Assembly (NCBI GenBank): GCA_010093705.1
Contig: MU006127.1
Coordinates: 1 to 48,642, forward strand
Reading direction: 5' to 3'
Length of the DNA: 48,642 nt
DNA from: Patellaria atrata CBS 101060
Taxonomy: Eukaryota
Shown: positions 26,129-36,819 of the stretch, in pieces
Numbering within the stretch: the first letter of the stretch is position 1
How the letters are laid out: every line of letters starts with the position of its first letter
Program-made: the position numbers and the translations under genes
The notes under the pieces: generated by a model
The model's input: only the letters and a program-made list of their open reading frames with translations
What the model was told of the DNA's origin: nothing
Database searches by the model: none

Positions 26129-27647
26129 CGCTAGGTCGAGGAGCGAAAGATGCTAGAAGTCGATAGAGAGTAAGGAACTCCGGTTGGCAAAATCTGCCTA
26201 GTGTCTTCAGGGTTTGCGGATTGATTATACTACTACCCCATCAACCTGAAGGAATACAACCGTACTGTAACGTAGTTCCAAATCGTAGCTGACCGACGAG
26301 CGACCCCCACCTCTTGCTGCAAGATACGCTCCATCTAACTTACTGTAGCACCACAGCTCAAGCGATTGCACTTATGGTGGGTTGAATATCCATATTAGTG
26401 GTCCGAATCAATCCTACTACTTGTCATATCAGCGGATTTTCCGGTCTGGTGTCATTCGAAAGGGCTTATTCCATCAATATATTTTGTACTACAACTTGTA
26501 CGAAGTCTAACCAAGACCGAAAGCGTCTAGGACGAACTGTAACCAGAGAGGGATATTCGATACTTGCAGATTATACCTAGTGTACTAAGCACTGTACGCG
26601 CCGGACGCAATTAACTAATAGACCGACAATGAAAGATAATCTTCAGTTGCTTAACCAGCTACCCTCTACTAGACATATATTCAATAATGGCATAAAACTG
26701 ATTCCTTTTAGTATTTTATTGTCCCGCCTATGTTTCACCTTCCCATCTGCAGTAGCGCGACGAGCACGAGTACCTCAAGTACTATCTAGATTATCACTTT
26801 CAACCACTTCGCATACCGTATCTACGCAGCAGATGCGGTTCTATTGTTATTTATCATTATAATCGCTAGGGTAAGGCTATTTGATTTCCGCATCGATTAG
26901 TAGTCTGTATAATCTATCTCTGCCGATCACCGGCATGCTTCTTACCACATTGCTGTCTTACTTTGTAGTTTTCTCCTTCAGCCAAAGGTTCATAATAAAT
27001 TTCATTTTTCTACTCTCTCATTCTGATCTACAAGACTTTTTACGATTGCAGTGGCTCATGAGACGTATCAATATCAGTTATTTACATAGCCAACAGAAGG
27101 GTATTTCCGATTTCTAATATCCAAGCGATATTGACCATCTTGAAATGCTGGTCTCCAAGTTTACTTATCAGATTACATGAGGTAGTGCACTCATACTCGT
27201 CTCATACTTATCCCCCTATCCATCGAGTTGCTCTTGTCTAATAAGGAATCTATTGAAGTGAAAAAGACTCAATAATCAGCTTCCATATTATCTTATCATT
27301 CCCTGATATTCTTAGACATAAGTTGAGATTCCTTTCATCGATGTCTACACCAGACCATATGCTAGCTAGTCATAGGTTATTCCTCATCCGCCAAGCACAT
27401 TTAATTATAGGACCCAGGCACCTCGGATCTCAACCCCATATTCGCTTCTTGGTTTATACATGGACCCCAGGTTTTCTTTACCCGTGTCAGATCTTGTAGT
27501 ACACGGAAGATCTTGCTCCGTATATGTTGATAGCAAAATTATAGTGGTAGTTGGAGACAGGTTAAAGCTACACGTATAAATGATCTCAAGTGATGGCCAA
27601 CTTGAGAACAACTCGATCCAGCATTCCCGTCGTTTTCTCGACCAAGC

Positions 27648-29250
27648 ATGAAATCTTTATACTATATCACCTTCGCAGCTGCTGCTTCAGCCCAACAACT
27701 CGCATGGGCACAATGCGGGGGGCAAGGTTGGAGTGGCTCTAATAGTTGTGTTTCTGGCTATACGTGTGTTTCTCAGAATGACTATTACTTCCAATGCGTT
27801 CCAGGGGAAGCTGGTAAGTTCCACTCACAGAATTAGAGATCCCACTTTTGACACGCTCTTAGCAACAGCTCCAGCAACTGGCTCTACAGCTTCGCCTCCA
27901 GCTAGTGTAGCTGACTCGTTTTCCGCGACAAGCGGGACAAAGTTCGTTGTAGATGGGGTCGGTGAATCTATTTTCCTTTACCCAACCTAGGCGTTTGGCC
28001 TCAACAGCTTACTTTTGCCTTTAAAAAAAAACTATCCCTATTATGATCATCCACCAGTTATCCATGTAACTTTGATGCGGCCAATACATTCCTAAGAGGC
28101 AACAAAGATAGGTATGTTTAACTTACTGACAGAGTCGTAGAAAACCGGTTACTTCGCCGGAACAAACTCATATTGGATCGCCTTCCTTATGAATAATGCG
28201 GACATTGATCTTGTAATGGATCATCTGAAACAATCTGGACTTAAGATCTTGCGTGTATGGGGTTTTAACGATGTAAGTCCATCTTTTTACGCATGAGTCT
28301 CCTCCATATCTTAACACAACGTAGGTCACCAGCGTTCCCGGGAGCAACACTGTCTGGTTCCAGTCATTCGTTTCCGGCCAAAGTCCCCAAATCAATACTG
28401 GTGCCAATGGCCTTCAGCGCCTCGATTACGTCGTGAAGAGTGCTGAAGCACGAGGCATAAAGCTGATCATTAACTTTGTCAACTACTGGGACGACTATGG
28501 AGGCATGTCCGCTTATACCAGGGTTTTTGGCGGTACCAAAGACAACTGGTACACCAACACTCGAGCTCAAGACGCATACAGGAACTATATCAAGACTGTC
28601 GTAAACCGATACATTAACTCTCCAGCTGTCTTCGCCTGGGAACTTGCCAACGAGCCGCGTTGCAAGGGCTGTGCCACGTCCGTCCTCACCAAGTGGGCAT
28701 CAGACACCAGCGCGTACATCAAGAGTCTTGATTCAAAGCATATGGTGACTCTAGGCGACGAGGGTTTCGGTCCTGATCCTGCGGGCGATGGTAGCTACCC
28801 TTACCAGACTAGCGAGGGCTCGGACTGGAGAGAGAACCTCAAGATTAAGACTCTCGACTTCGGCACGTTTCACTTGTATCCCGACTCTTGTAAGTGTCCT
28901 GTCTCTTCTATCCCATAGTATCCAAACTCTAACATCTTCAAGGGGGCACCAACCATGAATGGGGCAACCGCTGGATTAAGACTCATGGCGATGCTTGTCG
29001 TGCTGCTGGTAAGCCTTGCATGCTTGAGGAATATGGTAGTACCCCTGAGAACCAGCACTGCCCGGTCGAGAGCAAGTGGCAGACTACTTCCTTGAATAAT
29101 GCGGGCATGGGTGCGGATCTGTTCTGGCAGTTGGGCGATACGTTGAGCACGGGGCAGACGCACAATGATGGCCATACAAAGTACTATGGCTCAAGTGATT
29201 GGACGTGTTTGGTTACGAATCATATCAAGGCGATTCCGGCTCCGGCATGA
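27648..29250 (+). CDS. Secreted endo-1,4-beta-mannanase, GH5 subfamily 7, with N-terminal CBM1; exons 27648-27813, 27863-27957, 28141-28272, 28325-28889, 28943-29250
   Basis: Signal peptide, CBM1 ([16 protein letters not shown]...NDYYFQC), Thr/Ala/Pro linker, [27 protein letters not shown], acid/base [14 protein letters not shown], nucleophile LEEYG, FWQLG. All introns are GT-AG and frame-consistent. Confidence 0.93.
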
Positions 29251-30093
29251 GGTTAGGAAAGGGTTCAGGGGAAACTATGCGTTGCTAGTCTAAGTTCTAG
29301 TAGTATGGAAAAACTCATTACTATACTCCGCAAAATTAGGAAATAAGTAATATCTTGTTAATCGAGGCCTCTATGATGTACCACAAAATGGTTATCCAAG
29401 CATTAGTTATTGAAGAAAGACGTAAGAAACCAGCTTTATACCCTAGTACACGGAGTATGTCCTCCGCACCATTCTCAGTCGAGCCGATGTCAGGTTCCGA
29501 GTATATTAACCACGTGTTCTCTAAGATTAGTAGGACCTATTAAATCTTGTGCTTGTACTATTTAAGCAATATACAGGTCCGACGGCTTGGATACTAGAAC
29601 TCTAGTAGAGCCTGCAGCTTCTATAATCAAAAAGAAATAGGTCAAATTAGCGCAAACTAGCTTGAGCCATAGAATAGCACGTCTTGAAAAGAAATTAAAA
29701 TTGCAATGTTATATATCGGCAGCATGGCTATGGCGTGACTCGATGGGAGAGGAACTGTTGACCGTGAAGTGAAAAGTAAAAGTCTCGTGAGTTTAGATTC
29801 AATATATTGAACGTATCTTATTCTCTAGATGAATCATGTAAAATACTGTATGAAATCACTTTTTGCTTGATCTGGATAGGACAAGCCATGATTTAGCACT
29901 ACACATTGGCCCATCTCTTGTCAAAAGCGCCAGTTACCCTGAAGCTAATAGTTTTTGCATTTCTATTATAAATTGCCTGAAGCATAGTGATATTGTAGTC
30001 CTTTCTAGCTCTCGCCACCCAAGAAGCTGAACCCCCCCCCCCCTCCCCGAACTCTAAAACGCCTATTCAACACGCACCGGCCGTACCAACCCA

Positions 30094-31071
30094 TCACCTC
30101 TTAATAACCCTCTCCGAAAAAAACTCATTGATGGGCTCCATATAATACTCCTTCAAGTCCTCCACTTTCGGCACCTCATCATCCTTACTATAGAAATCAT
30201 ACGGATTAAACTCGTTGACCGCCTCCAACATGTTAGCATCTTTCTCACTCATCATTCACTGATTTGCCCCCTGGGCATGCCACGGATAGAACGAATGATA
30301 CCCAATCATCGCCAGCGCTTCCTCCGGTAACGTTGACTGATTCCTAACGACATGATACAGATACTCATTATGGCCCCAGCTCAGCATAACGTTATCGAGT
30401 CCGCAGACGGGGGTGTAGATACCGTACTCGGTCCCGTATATGGGGTGGTCGTGATCGGTGTTCCCGATAAAAGCCTCGGGGTAAATGATCCGGTCATCGA
30501 ATTTACAACCGACTGGGAAAGTATCTCCGACTATGTCCCATTGACGTTCGGCGTCGAAGAAGAACAGCAGTTTCCCTTGGTCGTGGATGAGTCCAGTAAG
30601 CTGCATCCAACGTGGCTTGTCATCGCGGCGGATGGCCTCGACGGTCTGTAGAAGGTGTTCGATCTGCGAGAGTGAAGTGTATGGGTCTAAATTGTCGATA
30701 AGGATGTTGAGTTTCTCGATGGCCTCCCAGACGGTCATAGTGACGCGGATCCTGGAATGGAAGCTATTCCGAGCTTTGAGGTTATACGCTATTGTTTGTT
30801 TTGTGTGTTATTCGAGGTAGAAGTCCTTAACACATTCATAAGCCTCCTGATACTGGCGAAACTGAGTCTTGTCTTTCTTGAAATGGAACTCGGTCGGGTT
30901 ACAGATGTCTATGTTCCCTTTACCAACATCACCTTTCTTAGTCCTCAGGGCGGCGTGGAGAAGGTAAACTTCGTCGATATCGTCGGACGTCGCTTCGAGA
31001 GCTTACCTATCCTGGTTGCTCTTGACAGCTTCAAGGACATCAGGGATCTCGTGAACGGGTCCTGATACCAT
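30094..31071 (-). pseudogene. MIOX: myo-inositol oxygenase (MIOX) pseudogene, intronless, 326 codons
   Basis: One reading frame from ATG 31071 to TGA 30094 translates as MIOX throughout (KDKTQFRQY, QTIAYNLKARN, MTVWEAIEKLN, SQIEHLLQ, GLIHDxGK, VGDTFPVGC, SWGHxEY, YHSFYPWH, FNPYDFYSK). It has in-frame stops at 31005-31003 (TAA), 30810-30808 (TAA) and 30258-30256 (TGA), and altered motifs (SDPD->LDPY, HDLGK->HDQGK, GHDEY->GHNEY). Confidence 0.92.
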
Positions 31072-32153
31072 TGCGGATACGAAAAATAAAAAGGAAAGAA
31101 GTAAAGACGGTAAAGGGAATCACGGTTCGAGTACCTCAAACGAACCTATGATAGAATAGTAGAGTAGAAGACGTAATGTAGTCCGATCGTATGGAAGATG
31201 AATTGAACTGATGTCAACATCAGTGTTTACTTTACCTTTAGGAGTCCACAACCTGAACCGGAATGCTCAGTAAGGAAATCCTACCGCGCTCAGAGATGTG
31301 CTCGTCTGACGACCATAATGCATCACCTTTTGGTTCGCCGAAATCCAACTCAAAAGGATTGTTATGAAGAGACTCCACATTCTCTGACGAGACGTACGTT
31401 GTCTTGAAACTAGCGACATTCACATGTGCGGAGTTGACGTGAACCCCAAAGTTATTTTCCGTTTAGGATGCGTTTCCAAATCCCGTAAAAAAAAAATCTA
31501 AGGTCTAATCTCTTTATCAACCTTAGACTTTTAGTAGCGATCACCACGGCGACTAGTCGCATACCAATATCTCTTCAGGCCGATGCTGTTGATGACGTTT
31601 AGTTGTGAGGTTGCAGAAATGGAATCTTATCCTAAAATACTTCAGAGGGGATGGACGGGCAAATGTCGGTGTATTTCTTCTTTCCTCATCTTGTCCTAGG
31701 CGTATAGGCTAGAGCGAATCTGGACGACATAGAAAACATCCACCAGTCTTCATCAGATGGCAGATGATGACAGAGGAATGCGATCTATTGGAGTGGCCGA
31801 CGAAACAATGCCGGCTTTATAAACATCTCAGAGCTTCTTCTCCTTCTCAAAACCGCCTTGGGTACCATCGATATGACCCTAGTTAGGATCTCAGCGGGCC
31901 AACGGGCACTCTTCCAGATGAGGGGTCAAAAGTCCATCAATGATGGCGGGGGAGCTTCGATTGCGGCAGAATAGCAGCATACAGTGGGACATCAATTTGT
32001 GTCAGCGAGAAACCATCCCAACTCCGGTAAGGTAAGATAGAAGGAGAGAAATAAGGTCAAGGGCTCTTCCAAAACTTTCTTTCCATGAATACCTCTCTAG
32101 AAACCTTCATTCTTAAATCTACTCCCGCTTCAATTTTTGACCCAAATCTCGAC
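31072..32153. promoter_or_regulatory. Putative bidirectional promoter between the MIOX pseudogene and the GAR1-like reductase
   Basis: Head-to-head arrangement about 1.08 kb apart. CreA-type SYGGRG matches (GCGGAG about 31428, GCGGGG about 31946) and CCG/CGG-containing motifs near 31797-31815. Confidence 0.45.
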
Positions 32154-33189
32154 ATGGAGACTCGCATTCCTCTGAACAATGGGACTAGCATTCCCGCTCT
32201 GGGTCTAGGGACGTGGCAATCGGCAGCTGGTGAGGTGGAGAAGGCAGTAGCGCACGCGTTAAAAGTAGGATACAAGCACGTCGACGGTGCGTACTGCTAT
32301 GCGAATGAGGATGAGGTGGGTAAAGGGTTGAAGGAAGCATTCGACTCCGGAATCAAGAGAGAAGATATCTTTATCACGTCGAAGTTGTGGTGTACATACC
32401 ATACAAAAGTGGAGGAAGGACTGGATAAGAGTTTGAAGAGCTTGGGGGTTGACTATCTGGATCTGTTTTTGATGCATTGGCCTGTCCCCATGAATCCCAA
32501 CGGTATGAAACATACTGCTCAACCTAGTGTACAATAGATCTATAAATAAAGCACCCTAACCCACCCGCAGGAAACCATGACCGCTTTCCCACCCTACCCG
32601 ACGGCAAGCGCGACCTCGACCACAGCACAACGCATGTTGAGACCTGGAAACGGATGGAGAAGCTCCTCTCCACCGGGAAAGTAAAAGCTATTGGCGTCGC
32701 GAATTACAGCAAGCCATATCTAGAGGAACTCCTCGCCAAGGCCAATGTCATTCCCGCAGTTAACCAGATCGAGAACCACCCTTACCTACCGCAACAGGAA
32801 ATCGTGGATCTGTGTACAGACAAGGGAGTCCATGTGACCGCGTATAGCCCATTAGGTAGCACGGGGAGTCCGCTATTTGAAGAGGAGGGAGTTCAGAAAA
32901 TCGCGAAGAAGAATGGGGTTGAGGTTGGGACTGTACTTCTAAGTTGGCATGGTGAGTGGTACGAGATGAGGTTAAAATAATGTGGTGCTAATCTGAACAT
33001 TTAGTTGCTAGAGGACGGTCAGTCCTTGCGAAGTCCGTTAACCCGGACAGGATTGAGAAGAATAAAAAGATCATCAAGCTCGAAGAGGAAGACTTGAAAG
33101 CTTTGGAGGATATCCACAAGAATAAGGGGTTAAAGAGATATGTCTACCCTGCTTTTGGCGTACAATTTGGATTCCCAGACAAGTCGTAG
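32154..33189 (+). CDS. gar1: Aldo-keto reductase, GAR1-like D-galacturonate/D-glucuronate reductase; exons 32154-32502, 32571-32951, 33005-33189
   Basis: AKR catalytic tetrad (D-GAYCY, TSK, MHWP), AYSPLGS, LAKS. The segments GLGTWQS..GEV, DGAYCY.NEDEVG.GLKEAF, GNHD.FPTLPDGKRD and C-terminal KRYVYP.FG..FGFPDKS match my recollection of Trichoderma reesei GAR1; orthology was not computed. Intact. Confidence 0.85.
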
Positions 33190-33556
33190 TCGAAGAGATG
33201 GGAAAAGATTCTAGTGACTGCTGAGAGTCCTCAGAGTTTAAACTCGCAAAAGATAGATAGGGCTAGATAGATATGAAGAGTGACGACGAAACGCAACATG
33301 ATACGCAATGAATGATCCTAAAATCTATGGATATGCAAGCTTACTTTGACCCAGTCTAGTAGCACGAGAATTCCTGGCTAATAGGACTCTTGTCTCTAGG
33401 TATATCTCGACTTTGCTGTACACATCGTGGAAATCCTGAAACGGCCTTGGCTACACAGTACACCAGATTATGTATGGCGAGTGTACGGCAATTGAAGAGT
33501 CTGAAATCCGATATACGAGCGGATAGCTCATTCCAACACGACCGAACTCAAATCAC

Positions 33557-34389
33557 CTACCTTCCCATCCACCCTCCATCAACCGTCACTATCTCCCCAC
33601 TTAGGTATGCTGCTGCCTCACTCGCCAAAAATACCACAACCCCCTTAAAATCCTCCGGTCTGCCCCACCTCCCTTTTGGAATTCTCTCCAAAATGCTGTT
33701 CGCCCGCTTCTCGTCCTCTATTAACGCTGTATTCATCTCCGTTGCAATATATCCTGGCGCGATTGCATTGACCGCAATACCCTGGCCCGCCCACTCGTTT
33801 GATAATGCCTTCGTCAGCTGTGCGACTCCACCCTTAGATGCTGCATATGCTGGGACTGTGATTCCGCCTTGGAAAGAAAGCAGAGAAGCAACATTGATAA
33901 TGGCGCCACGACGACCTGACAGAGATGGAGGCTGGGATAACATGTGTGCACCGACATCCCGGCAGAGAGTGAATACAGCAGTGAGGTTTACGGTAAGTAC
34001 TTCATCCCAGGCGTCCGAGGGGAAGTGGGCAGCGGGAGAGCGGCGTTGGATCCCCGCGCAGTTGAGGAGGATAGAGATACGGTACGAGGAGAAGATCTGT
34101 AGGAGAAGCTCGGTGAGGGAGGGAGGAGCGGAAAGGTCTGCGATGAATATTGTTGCATTGCGGCCGAGCGATTCTACTTGCGATTTGGTTTCGGTATTGG
34201 CTGTGTCTCGCTATTCAGGGTTAGTATTTCAAGTTCAGTAATTTAGAATGTCAAACGGACCTGTATGAGAACGATGTCTGCACCGGCTTCGGCGAGTGCA
34301 ATTGCCATTGCTTGTCCAATTCCTCTTGTTCCTCCAGTCACGAGCGCTGTCTGTCCCTCTAAGGAGAACAATTGCTGTATTGACGCCAT
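33557..34389 (-). CDS. Short-chain dehydrogenase/reductase, KduD/IdnO (5-keto-aldonate reductase)-like; exons 34389-34261, 34210-33557
   Basis: [78 protein letters not shown]. Intron 34260-34211. Intact. The substrate is inferred from family resemblance only. Confidence 0.88.
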
Positions 34390-34858
34390 AGTTTTGGGTA
34401 TTGGTTTAAGGGTATCAAATTTGGTATCTGCTGTAGGAGATGAGAATCCGAAGCGCTCCTAGAGCTTCTTGTTTGAAGTAACAGTGCCATTGGAAAGACT
34501 GAGGCTAGAAATAGACGTACGTAGATTATGGAATGAAATGAGCTGGCGGACCGCCTAAAAGAGTAAGAGGGGCGTGGGGAAAATGGAACGGGACGTTTGG
34601 GCCAGTTCGATCGTTCCCCGATTGGGATTTATTCGGCCTACACACCGACTTCAGATGCCGGCAGGATGAGCATCAAATCTTCCATCTACACATGAAAGAC
34701 ATGGAAATGTTAGCGCTGAATCTGTTTCCTTTGGCTATGTACCGTTGGTACAGATTCTGTACTCATCAATGTTCTGTAGAAGATTAATTCAGTCCCTAAT
34801 CTATACAGATCATAAGTTTTAGACTAACTGATAATATTTTACTTTCTCCATATACGTT
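34390..34858. promoter_or_regulatory. Putative bidirectional promoter between the SDR and the Zn-dehydrogenase
   Basis: Head-to-head genes about 470 bp apart. Contains GGCGG-A-CCGCC (34545-34555) and TCGG-N8-CCGA (34633-34648). Confidence 0.55.
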
Positions 34859-36175
34859 ATGGCTGCAAGAGACCGCATAATCCGGGCCTCTGTACTTCAT
34901 GGCGCGAAAGATCTTAGAATTGTAAGCAGAACATAATATACTTTCACTCAATTTACTCATACTTATCTCAGGAAGAACGAAGTATCTCCGATCCCTCACC
35001 GCAAGAGGTCCAAGTAGCTGTGCGAGCAACAGGTTTGTGTGGATCCGACCTTCATTATTATAACCATTACCGTAATGGCGACATTGTTGTCCGGGAGCCG
35101 ATGTCCCTGGGTCATGAATCCGCTGGTGTAGTCACAGCCGTGGGTTCCGAGGTATCAAATCTGAAAGTTGGGGATAAAATAGCATTGGAGGTGGGTTTGC
35201 CATGCGGCAATTGCGAAAGATGTACAGAAGGGCGGTACAACATCTGCAAAGGGATGAATTTTAGGAGTAGTGCGAAAGCGTTTCCTCATGCTCAAGGGAC
35301 GTTGCAGGGGAGGATCAACCATCCTGCTGCATGGTGTCATAAGTGAGTATCGCCAGGTCCGTTATAGGATAATCTTAATTTATGTAATGTTAGGTTGCCA
35401 GAGCAAGTATCGTTAGACTTAGGAGCTATATTGGAACCTTTAAGTGTTGGAATCCATGCAACAAGACGAGCTCAGTTAGCAGCTGGTTCGACCGTCCTCG
35501 TCTTTGGCGCAGGTGCAGTAGGCCTACTAGTAGCGGCAATGGCGAAGATCTCAGGTGCAGGCACAGTGATAATTGCTGATATTGACGCTGGCCGTGTCGA
35601 GTTTGCAACACAGAATAGTTTCGCACATAGTGGTTTCATTGTCCCCATGAAAAGAGGGGAGACTGTGGAAGAGCAGTTGACGATTGCACAAGAGATAGCC
35701 GCGGAGATTGGTAAATTGAAAAAAAGTACAGATGAGCCTACAGGAGAGATGGATGCCGTATTTGAATGTACTGGTGTACCCTCATGCTTACAAGCATCTA
35801 TATATGTGAGTTTGGAGTTGGTATATGAAACAGTTATAATTAACGGAATCATAGGCAACCCGCCCTGGAGGGAAAGTAATGCTGATTGGTATGGGTACAC
35901 CCATTCAGACTCTTCCCATCTCTGCTGCCGCGCTTCGCGAGGTAGACCTCGTGGGAGTGTTCAGATATGCGAATACCTACTCCACCGGTATCGAAGTAGT
36001 ATCAAAGAGGGGGCCAGGTTATCCAAACTTCGCCAAGATTATCACACATAGGTTCAAAGGACTAGACAATGCTGTGGACGCATTCAACATGGCCGGTAAA
36101 ACCAAAGACGAGTCAGGAGAATTGGTATTAAAGGTCGTTTTAGAGATAGATGAAGAAGGCAGATCAAAACTTTAG
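34859..36175 (+). CDS. Zn-dependent medium-chain dehydrogenase, sorbitol/L-idonate 5-dehydrogenase family; exons 34859-34921, 34972-35342, 35394-35805, 35855-36175
   Basis: VLHGAKDLR, catalytic Zn GLCGSDLH and LGHESAG, structural Zn C-xx-C-xx-C-x7-C, GAGAVG Rossmann motif followed by ADID (NAD-type acidic residue), FECTG, GVFRYANTY. Three GT-AG introns, frame intact. Confidence 0.9.
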
Positions 36176-36819
36176 GTCCAACCATTATTCATACGAGATC
36201 AATTTCAAATATTATAATTACCGTCACTTCCTGGTAGCTTGATGATCCTCTCATTTTCTCTTCCTTTGTTCAGGCCCTGCTGATCGTACGCTACTTCAAA
36301 AAGAGTATCAGCTTAACCGTACAGTGGAAGGAAGAGATAGGATCAGTTAAAAATCCTCTTTATATACACGCCAACTGTACAATATTCAAGGATTGGCGAA
36401 TCTCCTCCTGTCTCCCGAAAGATATGACGTTCTATCTCTTTGGGAAAAATGAGTCCCGTAGAGGGTTCAATAGAGGAACGGGAACCTTACTTGAAGTAGC
36501 AATTCGTTTTCAGGGTCCACATCGGGTTCCAAAAAGAAAGTTACGTTGAAGGGACTTATTTTCCAGTTGCTAATTTGACAGATCATCTTCCGCAGTTCAA
36601 CCAAAGAGGAGAATCAACAAGTGCAGTTTAAATACTGACCTGTCAAATAGAATAATCGAACCCGTATATAACCCAGTTGACGAAACATCAATATCAGCCA
36701 AGCAGGTGCACCTCCAAAGAACTGAACGTGAGAAACCTTGGATCGTTGCAAGTCATCTCACCTTCGAACTACAGCGTGAGATAAGAAACTGCTATTTCAA
36801 AGTACGGTCAATTATCAAG

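Noticed and set aside
26200..27600. Short ORFs and TpA-rich intergenic sequence as a gene or TE relic
   Set aside because: No recognisable motif, consistent splice structure or terminal repeats. The same applies to 1-880 and 29300-30030.
27958..28140. Spliceosomal twin intron (stwintron) in the mannanase
   Set aside because: Removing 27962-28111 leaves only a 33-nt outer intron, shorter than typical fungal minima, and the inner branch site (CCTAAG) is poor. Kept only as a low-interest splicing note.
5131..29250. GH92 plus GH5 mannanase as a mannan-utilisation cluster
   Set aside because: They are 20 kb apart, separated by housekeeping genes, and act on different linkages (alpha versus beta).
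30032..30047. Poly-C tract downstream of the MIOX pseudogene
   Set aside because: A simple homopolymer with no evidence of function.
33390..34241. 283-aa plus-strand ORF
   Set aside because: It is the antisense shadow of the SDR. Such open antisense frames are common for SDR genes, it starts at TTG and it has no recognisable motifs.
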